Source: Octopus sinensis (Eukaryota). Taken from it: 64,000 nucleotides of DNA. Below the pieces are notes generated by a model, which did no database searches, was not told where the DNA came from, and saw only the letters and a program-made list of their open reading frames with translations. The DNA lies in the NCBI RefSeq assembly GCF_006345805.1, contig NC_042998.1:165478001-165542000 (forward strand). The letters are read 5' to 3'. Positions 37,359 through 49,807 of this stretch are shown in pieces (the stretch's first letter is position 1; the number at the start of each line of letters is the position of its first letter). Made by a program: the position numbers and the translations under genes.

Positions 37359-37360
<2 letters not shown>
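31716..37360 (+). repeat. Head-to-tail tandem array of a ~480-bp non-coding unit (~11.7 copies); hammerhead-containing satellite / retrozyme-like
   Basis: Unit spacing measured at the ribozyme: 483, 481, 482, 480, 482, 476, 475, 477, 481, 479, 477 bp. Copies differ almost only by short (mostly 1-4 nt) indels. No ORF of 60 aa or more in the track. Ends at ...TTAATTGCT followed by (AT)n. Confidence 0.97.
31774..37094 (+). ncRNA. Twelve type I hammerhead ribozyme motifs, one per repeat unit
   Basis: Motif AGGCCUG-CUGAUGA-U-UAC(GUAA)GUA-U-GAAA-UCAC(U)GUGA-U-A/CAGGUCU at 31774-31821, 32257-32304, 32738-32785, 33220-33267, 33700-33747, 34182-34229, 34658-34705, 35134-35180, 35610-35657, 36091-36138, 36570-36617, 37047-37094. 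Stem I has 7 bp and extends a further 7 bp past a UC bulge. Confidence 0.82.
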
Positions 37361-37398
<38 letters not shown>

Positions 37399-38418
37399 GC
37401 ACTCACACACAAGTATGATCTCTCCCAAATAAACAGTTACTAAGTTTAGAGAAGGCGACACTGGAAACTGTAATTCTAAATATCACTATCAAGGTGGGAT
37501 TGCTATGGCAGGAAGGATTTTGTTCATAAATCTTATTGCTGAAGTATGCTTGTCCTGTGGTTGAACATTAACAAGATTTGTCCTGTGGTTAAATATTAAC
37601 AAGACGTCTTGCTGTCTTCACCCGGATACTGGGTGTCTTTAGCGAAGAATGGCTTCTTCATTCGGATCCGAATGTTCCTGCCATGGAATATCAAACGTCC
37701 TCCTCCTTTTCTCCCTGTCATTTCCAGAACTTATATAAAAGAAGAGCCTATTCTCTTATGATGAACCTTTCTCTTTCTTTTTTCTTTTTTCTTTCTTCTC
37801 TCTCTTTTTCTTTTTTCTTTTTTCTCTCTTTTTTAATTTTTCTTTTTTCTCTCTCTTTCTCTCTCAAGACACACATAGGAACATATACACATGTATTTAT
37901 TGTTTTATTTCATTTTTTTTTCATATTTTCGTAGCATTTTTAGACTTGATTTGGAAGAGTAAAGTTCCTAAATCCATATTCGAGGTTTCTAGACTTTCAC
38001 AGTCTCATTATCAAGAAGAGAATATATTAGGCCTCAGTGTATTTTCTTATATATAAGTACTTCGTTTATTACTAAATACTTTGTAGCAATCACACGCTAT
38101 ACACCTTCCTTCCAAGCACTGTTGTAAACAGCGGAAGTGAGCTAGAACGTTAAAACTTGGTGCGCATGCACAGCAGAGTTCAAGGTCTACTCGTGCCAAG
38201 CAGCTTTACTCTGTGTGCTTTAGCATCATTACTATGACAACAGTCCGGATACTTATTGATCAGACCACACATATAAATTAGATCCAGACATTTCAATGAG
38301 TATATATATGTTGATATATTGCAAGTATTACAAGTTTCATTGTTTTGTTTGATTTTTTTTCCAGGACATTATAAGCAGCCAACATGATTCGGTATAATTG
38401 TTAAAGAATATATATATA

Positions 38419-38488
<70 letters not shown>

Positions 38489-38594
38489 TGTTGTGCCTGG
38501 GGAGAGTCATTTTCTTTTGTGCTTAAAATTTAACACACTCATTTCTTATTTTCATTTTCCTAAAATTTTCGTTACGTCTTGCAAACCAACTCCA

Positions 38595-38975
38595 AAGTAG
38601 CTTGCTTACCAGCCACGTGGTTCCGGGTTCATTCCCACTGCGTGGCACCTTGGGCAAGTGTCTTCTACTATAGCCTCGGGCCGACCAAAGCCTTGTGAAT
38701 GGATTTGGTAGACGGAAACTGAAAGAAGCCTGTCGTATATATGTATATATATATGTATGTGTGTGTATTTGTTTGTGTATCTGTGTTTGTCCCCCCAACA
38801 TCGCCTGACAACCGATGCTGGTGTGTTAACGTCCCCGTAACTTAGCGGTTCGGCAAAAGAGACCGATAGAATAAGTACTAGGCGTACAAAGAATAAGTCC
38901 TGGGGTCCATTTGATTTGCTCGACTGAGGTGGTGCTCCAGCATGGCCGCAGTCAAATGACTGAAACAAGTAAAAA
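38595..38975 (+). mobile_element. SINE family A
   Basis: AAGTAGCTTGCTTACCAGCCACGTGGTTCCGGGTTCATTCCCACTGCG...GCAGTCAAATGACTGAAACAAGTAAAAA. Confidence 0.88.
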
Positions 38976-39074
38976 AGTATATATATATTTCAGAGATCTC
39001 TTATTTACTGGGGAAGCTAGTAATCTCCCAACAAATGAATCTGTTGAAATGTCCCCAGTTGAAATATCTTTTTT

Positions 39075-39385
39075 TTTCTTTTACTTGTTTCAGTCATTGG
39101 ATTGCGGCCATGATGGGCTACCATGTTGAGTTTAAGACGAATAAATCAACCTCAGTATTTATTTATTCTTTTAAGTCTGGTACTTATTCTGTTGGTTTTC
39201 TTTTGAGTTTTTGGGGTTTTTTTTCTTTTGTCGAGCCACTAAGTCACGGAGAGGTGAACAGCAACACCAGTTGTCAATCGGTAGGGGGAAACAAACTCAG
39301 ACACAAAGATACACATGCACATACGATGTATTTCCACACAGATTCTATCAATTTAATTCACAAAACTGGTCGACCCAGATTTATA
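39075..39385 (-). mobile_element. SINE family A, diverged and headless
   Basis: TTTTACTTGTTTCAGTCATTGGATTGCGGCCATG...CCAGTTGTCAATCGGTAGGGGG. Confidence 0.7.
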
Positions 39386-40251
39386 TTAGAAGTCTTAAAA
39401 CGCTGAGTTTTTTTAAACAATGCAGCCATACCTACGACTATACTTTTTCACTTTCTTTCTTTACGTGTTTTTAATTTTCGTACTTAGAGTCTCTACAGGT
39501 CTTAGATGCTGAGAAATAGACTAAATCAGGATGGATTACTCCCCCATTTTTTTTTCTAGACAAGCAGAAACTCTACAGTAATATTTCAACGACCCGCTAA
39601 CACTTTCAGCAACGTTAAAGGTCAACTTTGGTGCGATAACACTGCAACATGAGAGTACGAGCACAAAACTGTACAAAGGACCGAGTTTGATATTAACTTA
39701 GCTAACGATAACAACTAGGTCAGAAACACTAACAACAACAGCAACAACAACTGAAATAGCAATATCAGTTCTAATATCAACACATGTGACAAATATCGTC
39801 CAAAATCCCAGCAGGGCCCATTCGGGGTGCAATCTTCCGTACCATATGTATCGTTTGTGTAGACGGACTGACACTGAAAGATGTTTTCACATCGACTTCA
39901 CGTTCCCTAAATACCGTCACCATCGCCATCATTGTCATCAGCAGCAGTGGCACCAGCATCAGCAACATCATCATCAGCAACAGCATTATCATCATCATCT
40001 CCATTGTCGTCAACGCCACCGTCACCGCCGCCGCAGCGCCTATTATTATGAAAGAAGTTATCCTTATGACCATCAGTGTTAGAAGAATCGTCAACACCAC
40101 TAATATCATCACTACCATATCCACCACCGACAACAACAACAACAACAACACCAACACTATCATCATCTTCATCAACATCACTAGAACGAACACTGCTGAC
40201 ACCATTAGAACGAGCACCGCTACTACAATTATAACTATAACTACAATTATA

Positions 40252-40295
<44 letters not shown>

Positions 40296-40318
40296 CTCCA
40301 CTACTACTACAACTACTA

Positions 40319-40351
<33 letters not shown>

Positions 40352-40370
40352 ATAATAATAATAATAATAA

Positions 40371-40421
<51 letters not shown>

Positions 40422-40699
40422 CGCTACTAATACTACTGCCGCTGCAGCTGCTACTACTACTACTACTGCTACTACTACTGCTGCTACTACTACTACTACT
40501 ACCGTCCCCAGGTGCCGTAGAAAATGTTTACTGTATTTAGTAGGGTTCCTTCATGTTCTCAGTTCACATTAAACTGCGGTGGAATTTGCCTTTTATCCTC
40601 ATGAATTCCATAACATAAATACTGGTAACTAGGAAATTGAGTACACACACACACGCACACACCATGTATATGTGTGTGAGTGTGTGTGTGTGTGTGTAA

Positions 40700-40965
40700 T
40701 CTTTTACTTGTTTCAGTTATTGGACTGCAGCCATGCTAGGGCACCGACTCAAAGGGTTTAGTCAGATAAATCGGCTTCAGCCTGCTACCTATTGTAACGA
40801 CAGGCTTCTTTCAGTTTCCGTCTACCAAATCCACTCATAAGGCTTTGGTCGCCCCGAGGCTATAGAAGAAGACACTTGTCCTAGATGCCATACAATGGGA
40901 CTGAACCCAGAATCATGTGATTGAGAAACAAACTTCCTTCCACGCAACGACCCCAGCGCGCACCT
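40700..40965 (-). mobile_element. SINE family A with internal deletion
   Basis: The tail CTTTTACTTGTTTCAGTTATTGGACTGCAGCCATGC is joined to CGACAGGCTTCTTTCAGTTTCCGTCTACC...GGGACTGAACCCAG. Confidence 0.75.
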
Positions 40966-40980
40966 ACGTATATATATATA

Positions 40981-41323
40981 TGGTGGTGACCCCCTTCGGT
41001 CAGACACTAACCATGGGTTTGCACCTAGAGATTTACCCTCTGAGGCACAAGTCTGGGCAAGGTTGTTTTATGGAAGACCAGCAGTCGCCCATGCATACCG
41101 GCCTCCCCTCTCCACGTCACCGATGTTTTCCAAGGGAAAGGCAAGGGTCGATACAGCTTGGCACCTGTGACGTCGCAACTCATTTCTACAGCTGAGTGAA
41201 CTGGAGCAACGTGAGATAAAGTGTCTTGCTCAAGAACACAACACGCACCCCGGTCCGGGATTCGAGCTCACAACCTCACGATCGTAAGCTTGACGCTCTA
41301 ACCACTGAGCCACGTGCCTTCAC
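40981..41323 (-). mobile_element. tRNA-derived SINE family D
   Basis: Minus-strand head GTGAAGGCACGTGGCTCAGTGGTTAGAGCGTCAAGCTTACGATCGTGAGGTTGTGAGCTCGAATCCCGG (tRNA-like A/B boxes), followed by GTTGTGTTCTTGAGCAAGACACTT. Confidence 0.85.
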
Positions 41324-41376
41324 AAGAAAAGTTGATGGGCTCTTCCTTCCACGCAACGACCCCAGCACGCACCTAC

Positions 41377-41409
<33 letters not shown>

Positions 41410-41851
41410 AAACTTCTTCAGCTTCGTAGTCTCAACTCCAAGATAGAATATTGTCATCGTATGTAGAGGTTTCTTTATAGAATGTTGGAACAATGTGCTG
41501 AACGTATACGTTACCGCTGGAATTTGAATTTTGACCGTTAACGCTGTTTTGATGTTCAACGTCATCCCTCAGGTGTTTATTCTTGCTTTTCTCTTCTTTC
41601 CAATGTATGTCACGTGTGTTTATTTTAGCATTGTGCTTCGTTTGTTTTGTTTTTTTTTTATTTATTATTATTATTAATTGTCTATTTTTGTGTGGAATTT
41701 TGTGGAATATAAATAAAATAATCCCATAAAACTAGAACATAGTCGTGTCTACGGTGCATTACATCTACATAAAAAGCTGTTCCATATATATATAAATACA
41801 CACACACACACATACACATATGTACGTGCATATATACACACATATATATAC

Positions 41852-41884
<33 letters not shown>

Positions 41885-41917
41885 CATATATACATACACA
41901 CACATATATATATATAT

Positions 41918-41969
<52 letters not shown>

Positions 41970-42297
41970 TATATACATATATATATATACATATATATAT
42001 GTATATATGTGTATGTATATATATATATGCATATAAATGTATATATATATATATGTATGTACATATATACATGTATGTATATAAGTGTATATGTTTGTGT
42101 GTGTGTGCGTGCGTGCGTTTGTGTGTGTGATATTCATACCTATAGAAATACACACATGTACCCTGCACACACATATGTGTGTTTTTGTGTATGTGTGCTT
42201 GTGTGCGTCAGTGTATGTATATGTGTGCAGCGTGCGTACGTGTGTGTGTGTATATATATATATATACATACACACACATATATATACATACACACAC

Positions 42298-42421
<124 letters not shown>

Positions 42422-42871
42422 ATACGTGCGCTTTGCGTGCCTTGTGTGCGTGCGCACGTATGTATGTCTAACAAAGCGGAAACCCTGCTGCCATAATAAC
42501 AACTGATTTCCTCGTTGACTTTGCTGTTCTCTAAACAACTCTCCCACAGACGTGTTTTTATTTGTGCTATTATCGCAATGATTGTTGCCTTAATTAAGAG
42601 GGTAAAGTGGGTATATATATAATGTAATATGCTGTATGTAAGTACGTACGTATCGGGAGAGGCTGGTGTGCATAAGGGTAGCATCAGGGTGCAGACATTT
42701 ATTATTTTCATTTCCCAAAGAAAATATACATATTTTGATATTTCAATTATTTTTGTTGCATTCGGTGTCATGCATTTATTTTGTTCTTTGTTTATTGGTT
42801 GTTTAGCCATTTTTTCTTTCTCGTTCCTCTGTTTATTTATCTATTTATTTTTCATTGTCACGTATACATGC

Positions 42872-43010
<139 letters not shown>

Positions 43011-43142
43011 GTGTATATTTATGCATATTTATATACTCATATATTCATATATATATATACACACATACATATATACTCATATATTCATATATATATATAT
43101 CTATATACACACTACATATATATATATATACATACACACACA

Positions 43143-43177
<35 letters not shown>

Positions 43178-43389
43178 GCATATAAATGTATATATATATA
43201 TATACATGTGTTTATATATATATATAGCGTTTGTATTTTTTGCACGCCCCTCAAAAGTATTTCTCTTCACAAGGGAAATTAAGCGGCTTGTATACATTTA
43301 CGTTGTTTTGTAGCAAATATAAACATCGTCGTTGTCGTCATCATGACCTTATCATCCTCATCATTATCATAATTATCATCATCGTCAAT

Positions 43390-43845
43390 AACAATAATGA
43401 TAACTCATTCAGCTACAGGCAGAAAGCCTGAAATTTGGAAGGAATGGTAGTTAATTGCATCGGCCTCAGTATATATGACTGGTATTTTATTTTATCAACC
43501 GTGAAAGGATAAATGGCAAAATCGACTTCTGTGAAGATTGGACTCAGAGCGTAAAGAGCTGGAAGACATGATGCTAATCATTTTGTCCGACGCACTAACA
43601 GTTCTGCCATCTCACATGTCATATAGCATTATTAATTATTATTATTATTATTATTATTATTATTGGGGAGATAGAATTGTTGCGGCCGTCCTACTTATGT
43701 TCTGAGTTCAAATTTCACGAAGGACGACTTTGCCTTTCATTCTTTCGGGGTCGATAAATTAAGTACTGGTGAAACACTGGGGTCGAGGTAATTGACTTTC
43801 CCCCTCCCCTAAATTTCAGGCCTTGTGCCTATAGTAGAAGGGATT
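43390..43845. mobile_element. Two diverged family C SINEs (43390-43615 minus; 43690-43845 plus)
   Basis: Plus copy: TTCTGAGTTCAAATTTCACGAAGGACGACTTTGCCTTTCATTCTTTCGGGGTCGATAAATTAAGTAC. The minus copy is the diverged reverse complement. Confidence 0.75.
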
Positions 43846-43979
43846 GTTATTATTATCATTATTATTATTATTATTGTTGTTGTTGTTGTTTTTGTTTTTG
43901 TTGTTGTTGTTGTTGTTGTTGTTGTTGATGATGATGATGATGATGTTGTTGTTGTTGTTGTTATTATTATTAATATTAT

Positions 43980-44260
43980 TTCTCTTTATCACAGGCTTTC
44001 TTGGAACACCTGAAGTCTTGCATGCGTAACGGGATTACCACCTGCAGCTACGGTACCATATAATTCGTTCTTTTCAGCTATCTAATACTTTCCTGATTAT
44101 TCTGGTTGTGTCAAGGAAGCAAACTTTTTGTAACAGTTCTACTGGGTACTTTATTCCAATTTCCTTTATATTCCTCTTGATGCCTTCTGATATTGTTCCC
44201 GAGGACCCAACGATAATTCCCCTTCATTTTCCATAGTCGGGCTATTTCGTACTTGAGAGG
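43980..44260 (-). mobile_element. R4/Dong-like LINE 3' fragment
   Basis: Minus strand PLKYEIARLWKMKG..IIVGSSGTISEGIKRNIKEIGIKYPVELLQKVCFLDTTRIIRKVLDS*. Flanked by (TTA)n/(TTG)n. Confidence 0.8.
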
Positions 44261-44338
<78 letters not shown>

Positions 44339-44403
44339 TTTATTTTATTATTATTATTATTATTATTTTTATTTTATTATTATTATTTTTATTTTTATTT
44401 TTA

Positions 44404-44464
<61 letters not shown>

Positions 44465-44466
<2 letters not shown>

Positions 44467-44672
44467 GGCAGCTGGCTGGTAGAATCGTTAGCACGCCAAG
44501 CAAAATGCTTAGCGGCATTTCGCCCGACCTACGCTGATTGCAAATTTCATCGAGCTCGACTTTGCCTTTTATTCTTACAAGGCCGATAAATTAAGTACCA
44601 GTGAAACACTGGGGTCGATGTAATCGACTAGTCCCCTCCTACCAAATTTGAGGCCTTATGCCTTTAATAGAA
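44465..44672 (+). mobile_element. SINE family C
   Basis: CGGCAGCTGGCTGGTAGAATCGTTAGCACGCC...CGACTTTGCCTTTTATTC...GATAAATTAAGTACCAGTG. Confidence 0.8.
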
Positions 44673-44729
<57 letters not shown>

Positions 44730-45626
44730 AATGAGTGAGCGAGCAGTGCATTCCATCAAAGTGACACATGAGTACAAATATATGAAGCCAAATACACCCG
44801 TCATGACTACCCGTCTGATAAGGGTGCACCAGGCACATGCATTATTATTATTATCATTATTATTATTATCACCATCATCATCGACGTCGTCGTCGTCGTC
44901 GTCATTGTTGTTACTATTATTAAAATTGCCTCTGTGTGATATTAGAATTACTTTCCTACTTCTCTTATTACCTCCAGCACCATCTCCATCATCACCACCA
45001 CCACTATAGCTACCAATAACGATGACGAAGGGTGGGAAATACTGCAAGATATTCCTGCTAAAAATAGCAACCGAATCTCGCACAAATGATTCACCGCTGT
45101 CTGACAACAGCACGAGACCATAATGGATAATGTATTCTTTGATGTACTCCGCTTGAAACCAAAACGAGACCCGCACGATTGGAAATCCTCTGAGTATAGC
45201 TTTACATGGCCACATATGTCTGTTATGCATATACACACACAAATATATATATGCGCGTGTGTATATGTAATGTATGAATGTATGTGTGTATGTGTGTGTG
45301 TGCGTGATGTACGTGTGTATGTGTGTCTGGTCGCCTTCGAGTGCTACTGGTAACATGTAACCCAGTACAACCTGTCACATGGTCGGGTCGTTGGCGACTG
45401 AACCGGTAACCCCCACCAAGCTGGTGAGGGGGAGGATTTTGAACAACACTACGGGAGGGAAAACAAGATCCATTAAAGGGCGGAGGAACTCATGAGAGTC
45501 AACGGCCATCTAATTGTGTGCACATATGCATATAATTTTAAGTAATTTTATATATTTTTTAATTTCCTTCGTCTTTTAATACGCATAGATTGTACTTCTG
45601 TATGTAAAACTGGAAATATATATATA

Positions 45627-46240
45627 CGAGGTGGTATCAAAAAGGTCCAGGACTAATTACGTTTGATAACAAAAAAACTTATTTACCTAGGTTTTAATAT
45701 CATCTCTTCCGTAACAGTCACCTTGCGCAGCAATACACCGGTCCCAGCGTTCCTGCCACTTATGGGATCTGTCGTTTCCGTAAGCGAGTCGAAGACATTC
45801 TGCTATTTGCTCTGGATCTCGACAACGGTGTTAAAATGGTGACCTTTGAGCTGCATTTTCATCTTGGGGAAGGGATGGAAGCTGGCAAGTGCTAAATCTG
45901 GTGAATAGGGCAGGTGCGGAAGCGATACCATGCTGTTTTGGCGGGAAGCGCACGAGTGAGGACAGCTCAGTAACAGGAGACATTGTAGGCGTGAAGAATC
46001 CCATTGTTCACACTCCACAGATCCGGTCACTTTCATAGAAGGTCCTCCTTCAAGCGCTTCAAAAAGTCGCGGTAGAACTCTCGATTGACGGTCAGGCTCT
46101 GGGGGACGAATTTTTGATGCACAATATCACATCTTCGAGGGTGACATATGTGGCAGGTCTTCTAGATTGCTCATCGTCTTCCAGAGTCGTTCTTCCGCTT
46201 TTAAAGCGCCCATGTCATTCGAAACACTGCTAAATTCATA
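45627..46240 (-). mobile_element. Internally deleted mariner element
   Basis: Minus strand RFKSGRTTLEDDEQSRRPAT (N-terminal) and LPHLPYSPDLALASFHPFPKMKMQLKGHHFNTVVEIQ (YSPDL motif). TIR-like TA-CGAGGTGGTATCAAAAAG at 45625. Confidence 0.85.
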
Positions 46241-47313
46241 TCCCACCTTTCAAAACCTCTACAGCCTCATTTTCAATATACTCTTTACTCTCTTTTTTAC
46301 CCTTTTACTTGTTTCAGTCATTTGAAGATGGCAGAATATAGTCACTAACAAGATCAGTGGAATGCGAGAGATATAAAGGTTAAGTCCCGCGGGAAAGCTC
46401 ATTTTATTTTTTGCCCTATACCTGTGTATAAATATTGTATAATTTATAATTAAAATCTTAGCTGTTAAAGTTGGAAGAGTAGTTTTATGAAGAATAGGCT
46501 TATATCTTAAACTATGCGGTAACGTAGAACAGAATGATAAATTAGACATGTTACCGACTTGTTTCGTTCCCTAAATTCTGCATATAAACACATAATTTTC
46601 TTAGAATTATAAATGCAAGAGATAATCAGGTGTTCAACTTCAACAACTATATACCTAAGTTTCAGTTTCAGAGGTCGCTTCAGCACATATATGTTTTCAA
46701 GAGATCTGAGAGACCATAGACCAGAATATTAAATTCAAAGAAGAATTACATTTTCTCCTCAAGGCAGAACATTTTAAATTTCATTTTCTTTCTCTTTTCT
46801 CTCTTTGGTGTTCTTGTTTAAGATTAAATCTGTTTTCTGACAGTTGCATTTTCTGATCTACACTCCTGAGGTGAGTGGATAAGATAGACTGTATTCGGTA
46901 TAAATAGGACATAACTTTTTATTTTGAATTTAGGTTTTTATGAGTGTAAAGTACGCCGACGTTTATCTTATCCATGGCAGCAGATGGAGACGTGCAATCG
47001 CCACCTGCTGTAAAATTTCGGTTCGCAGCAGAAAAAGAATTTTATTTTATGCAACGTACAAAATAGGAGGGGAAAAAACAAGCGCGAGCACGCACACATA
47101 CTCACACGCTCACACACACACACACACATAAAAAACGTACATATATTTCTGTGTAAGTATACATACATACATGTACAGATACATACATACATATATAAGG
47201 ATATATACGTATGTTTATACACACGCATTTATGCATACATACATATACATATTTATGAGCAGTGGAAGTAATAAATAATATATGTACTGTATGTGTGTAT
47301 GTATATATATATG

Positions 47314-47366
<53 letters not shown>

Positions 47367-47557
47367 GTACGTATGTATATATATATATGTATGTATATAT
47401 GTATGTATTCATGTCATATATATATATATATAGATAGATATATATGTATGTATATATGTGTGTATAATATATAGATATATACATATGTCTCTATATATAT
47501 ACGTATGATTGCATACACGCATGCACACACACACATTCTCACACACACACATATGTG

Positions 47558-47621
<64 letters not shown>

Positions 47622-48220
47622 ATATATATATACACAAACTTACTGCTGAGAAAAGTCAGGATACGTGGTGTTCAGTTACTCCATAATTGAAAAATGCATG
47701 ACATACTACAAAACGTACACGTAGGACAGACACAAAAGGACCCTAATCCATCCTCAGTTATCGACCAAAATTACTAATACCCAGTTTCGTGCCTTTAACG
47801 ATAAGACTGGGCACTTCGTATATCGGCGGCACTCGCAAGATTTCCGTAGAATTAGGGCTCGAGCAAACAAAACAATACAGGGTGGTCGTACGAAAGCAGA
47901 CAAATGTAAATTGAAACAATAGACGAAGACAATAAATAAAAACTATTTTATTGAAAACTATTTCTAAAACTGATGTTATCAAAATAGCAACATATTTCAT
48001 CACATGAAACGAAACTTAACACGATTCTTTAAAAGCATACCTAGTCTTGAATATGAAGCGGGGCTATAGCGTTTAAAACCGATTTGTCGATCATCAGTCA
48101 TACCAAATGTTATATACACATGCCACTTTGTTGAAATCTGAGCTACATCCCTTGTTTAAATGAAAAATTAATTGGGGAGATTAATAAGCAGTCAGTCTCC
48201 TGTTTATATTTTCGTAATGT

Positions 48221-48285
<65 letters not shown>

Positions 48286-48348
48286 TATATATATATATAT
48301 GTATGTATGTATAGAAATGTATATATATATATGTGTGTGTATATGTAA

Positions 48349-48380
<32 letters not shown>

Positions 48381-48387
48381 GTATATA

Positions 48388-48450
<63 letters not shown>

Positions 48451-49177
48451 CATACATTCATATGTATATATAAAATATAAAATCCGTTCTGTCTGTTTGT
48501 GTGTGTGTGTCTTCTAGGATCTCGGGCATCCTCCAGCCGATTGCGCTCAAATTTGATACGTAGATACCCACGGTATCAAGGCGTGTATAAGCCTTGAAAG
48601 AATTACGAAAATCGATTCCAGGTGAGAATGCGATCGATAAAGCCGTGGGAACGTGCATTTGTATGCGCAAGTACATCAGCTGTTGCGATCGATACTGCGC
48701 GTACGCGAGAAGAATGCACGTGCAGTTAGCGCAAAAAAATTATCATACTTTTCCATCTAGATTTACCTCCAGCTAACCCATTTGCATGCATCATTTTTGT
48801 CCTGCTTTTCTTCCGTCAACCTGTACATAACTGCACCTTCCATTTTTTGTTGTTTTTGTACTGCTTAAAGGCACGTTTCTTTCCTGCCAAGCTTACTGTT
48901 TAAACCATGTTTGTGTTCTCTCAGTCAACAGCCTTGTCATTACTGGTACTTTAAACTCTTCGGTTGCATATTTGTGTGAATAAAATCGTTTTCCTTTGGA
49001 ATAGAAAAAATCCTATCCTTATTTCTTCTTTTGCTGGTGGCTCAAATTTAGGTTAAATCAGTGTTTCTCAGAGGGGAGGCCTATGGGATGGTCGGACAAG
49101 TTGTTTTAAGAAAATTTGGTTTAAATGTTTGACAACTCAGCACCGTCCATTGGACGGAGGCCGTTTTTCTCGTATAT

Positions 49178-49418
49178 ATATATGAATAAATGAAAGAATG
49201 GAGTCGAACGAAGATGTTAACAAAATTCCTTTACTCTCCACATATGTTTCGAAGACCACATGGTTTCATTCCAAAGGAATAAAGGGTGTATGATGCAATC
49301 TTCTCATCAGGAAAGAAAGGGAGCCTCTCTCGGCAACAAGACAAACAAAAATTTCGATGACTGCCTACATGGTAAACAAAACGACATTCGACTCCATTCT
49401 TTCATTTATTCATATATA
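49178..49418. mobile_element. Small element with ~30-bp terminal inverted repeats enclosing a hammerhead motif (Penelope pLTR-like remnant)
   Basis: TATGAATAAATGAAAGAATGGAGTCGAA ... TTCGACTCCATTCTTTCATTTATTCATA; hammerhead on the minus strand at 49234-49315. Confidence 0.75.
49234..49315 (-). ncRNA. Minimal type I hammerhead motif with GUG at the cleavage triplet (predicted non-cleaving)
   Basis: CUUUC-CUGAUGA-GAAGAUUGCA...UGUGGUCUUC-GAAA-CAUAUG-U-G-GAGAG. Stem II has 10 bp including wobbles and stem III is the palindrome CAUAUG. Confidence 0.7.
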
Positions 49419-49746
49419 ACACACAAATTTCTGCAAATGAACCCGGAGTTTTTACCCTTGGACAGGTCGCTTCAACCGTGTTTCTGACGCGAATTTGTTA
49501 CCCTGGTATCGGTTCAACGAATTTTCCATGCTGACGATAAACATAGGATAATTCATTCACCTATTGATATATATATATATATATAAAATATAATATATAT
49601 ATATATATAGTAATATATATATATATATATATTATATATATAGTAATGCTAATGGTAAGACAACAAAAGAATGAAAGAGACCTCGATATTATGTAAATAG
49701 AGGAATTTATTTATAATATAATATGTAACAATTATTAGGTTGCCAT

Positions 49747-49807
49747 AATAAAACTCCGAGTTTCGGATGTCAGGGCAGAAACCTGCACAGGGATCTCTTC
49801 AGTTATC
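49747..49807 (-). ncRNA. Minimal hammerhead motif with imperfect stem II
   Basis: GAUAA-CUGAAGA-GAU...AUCC-GAAA-CUC(G)GAG-U-U-UUAUU. Stem I has 5 bp and stem III has 4 bp with a 1-nt loop. Confidence 0.5.

Noticed and set aside
31716-37360. CRISPR-like or coding tandem array
   Set aside because: Units are ~480 bp and identical throughout, with no variable spacers, no cas genes and no ORF; the context is eukaryotic.
39777-39920. Possible host exon at the non-repetitive end of ORF 39777-40376, and similar candidates at ~45000-45220 and ~55600-55740
   Set aside because: No recognisable protein similarity and weak splice signals; cannot be supported without RNA-seq.
45340-45520. GC-rich segment resembling an RTE-type 5'UTR with a possible HDV-like ribozyme
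   Set aside because: I could not build the nested double pseudoknot by hand; it needs a descriptor search.
47640-47830. Repeat shared with 51314-51540 containing CTGAGGA and a CCCAGT/ACTGGG hairpin
   Set aside because: The homology is real, but the hammerhead elements are in the wrong order or incomplete; unclassified repeat only.
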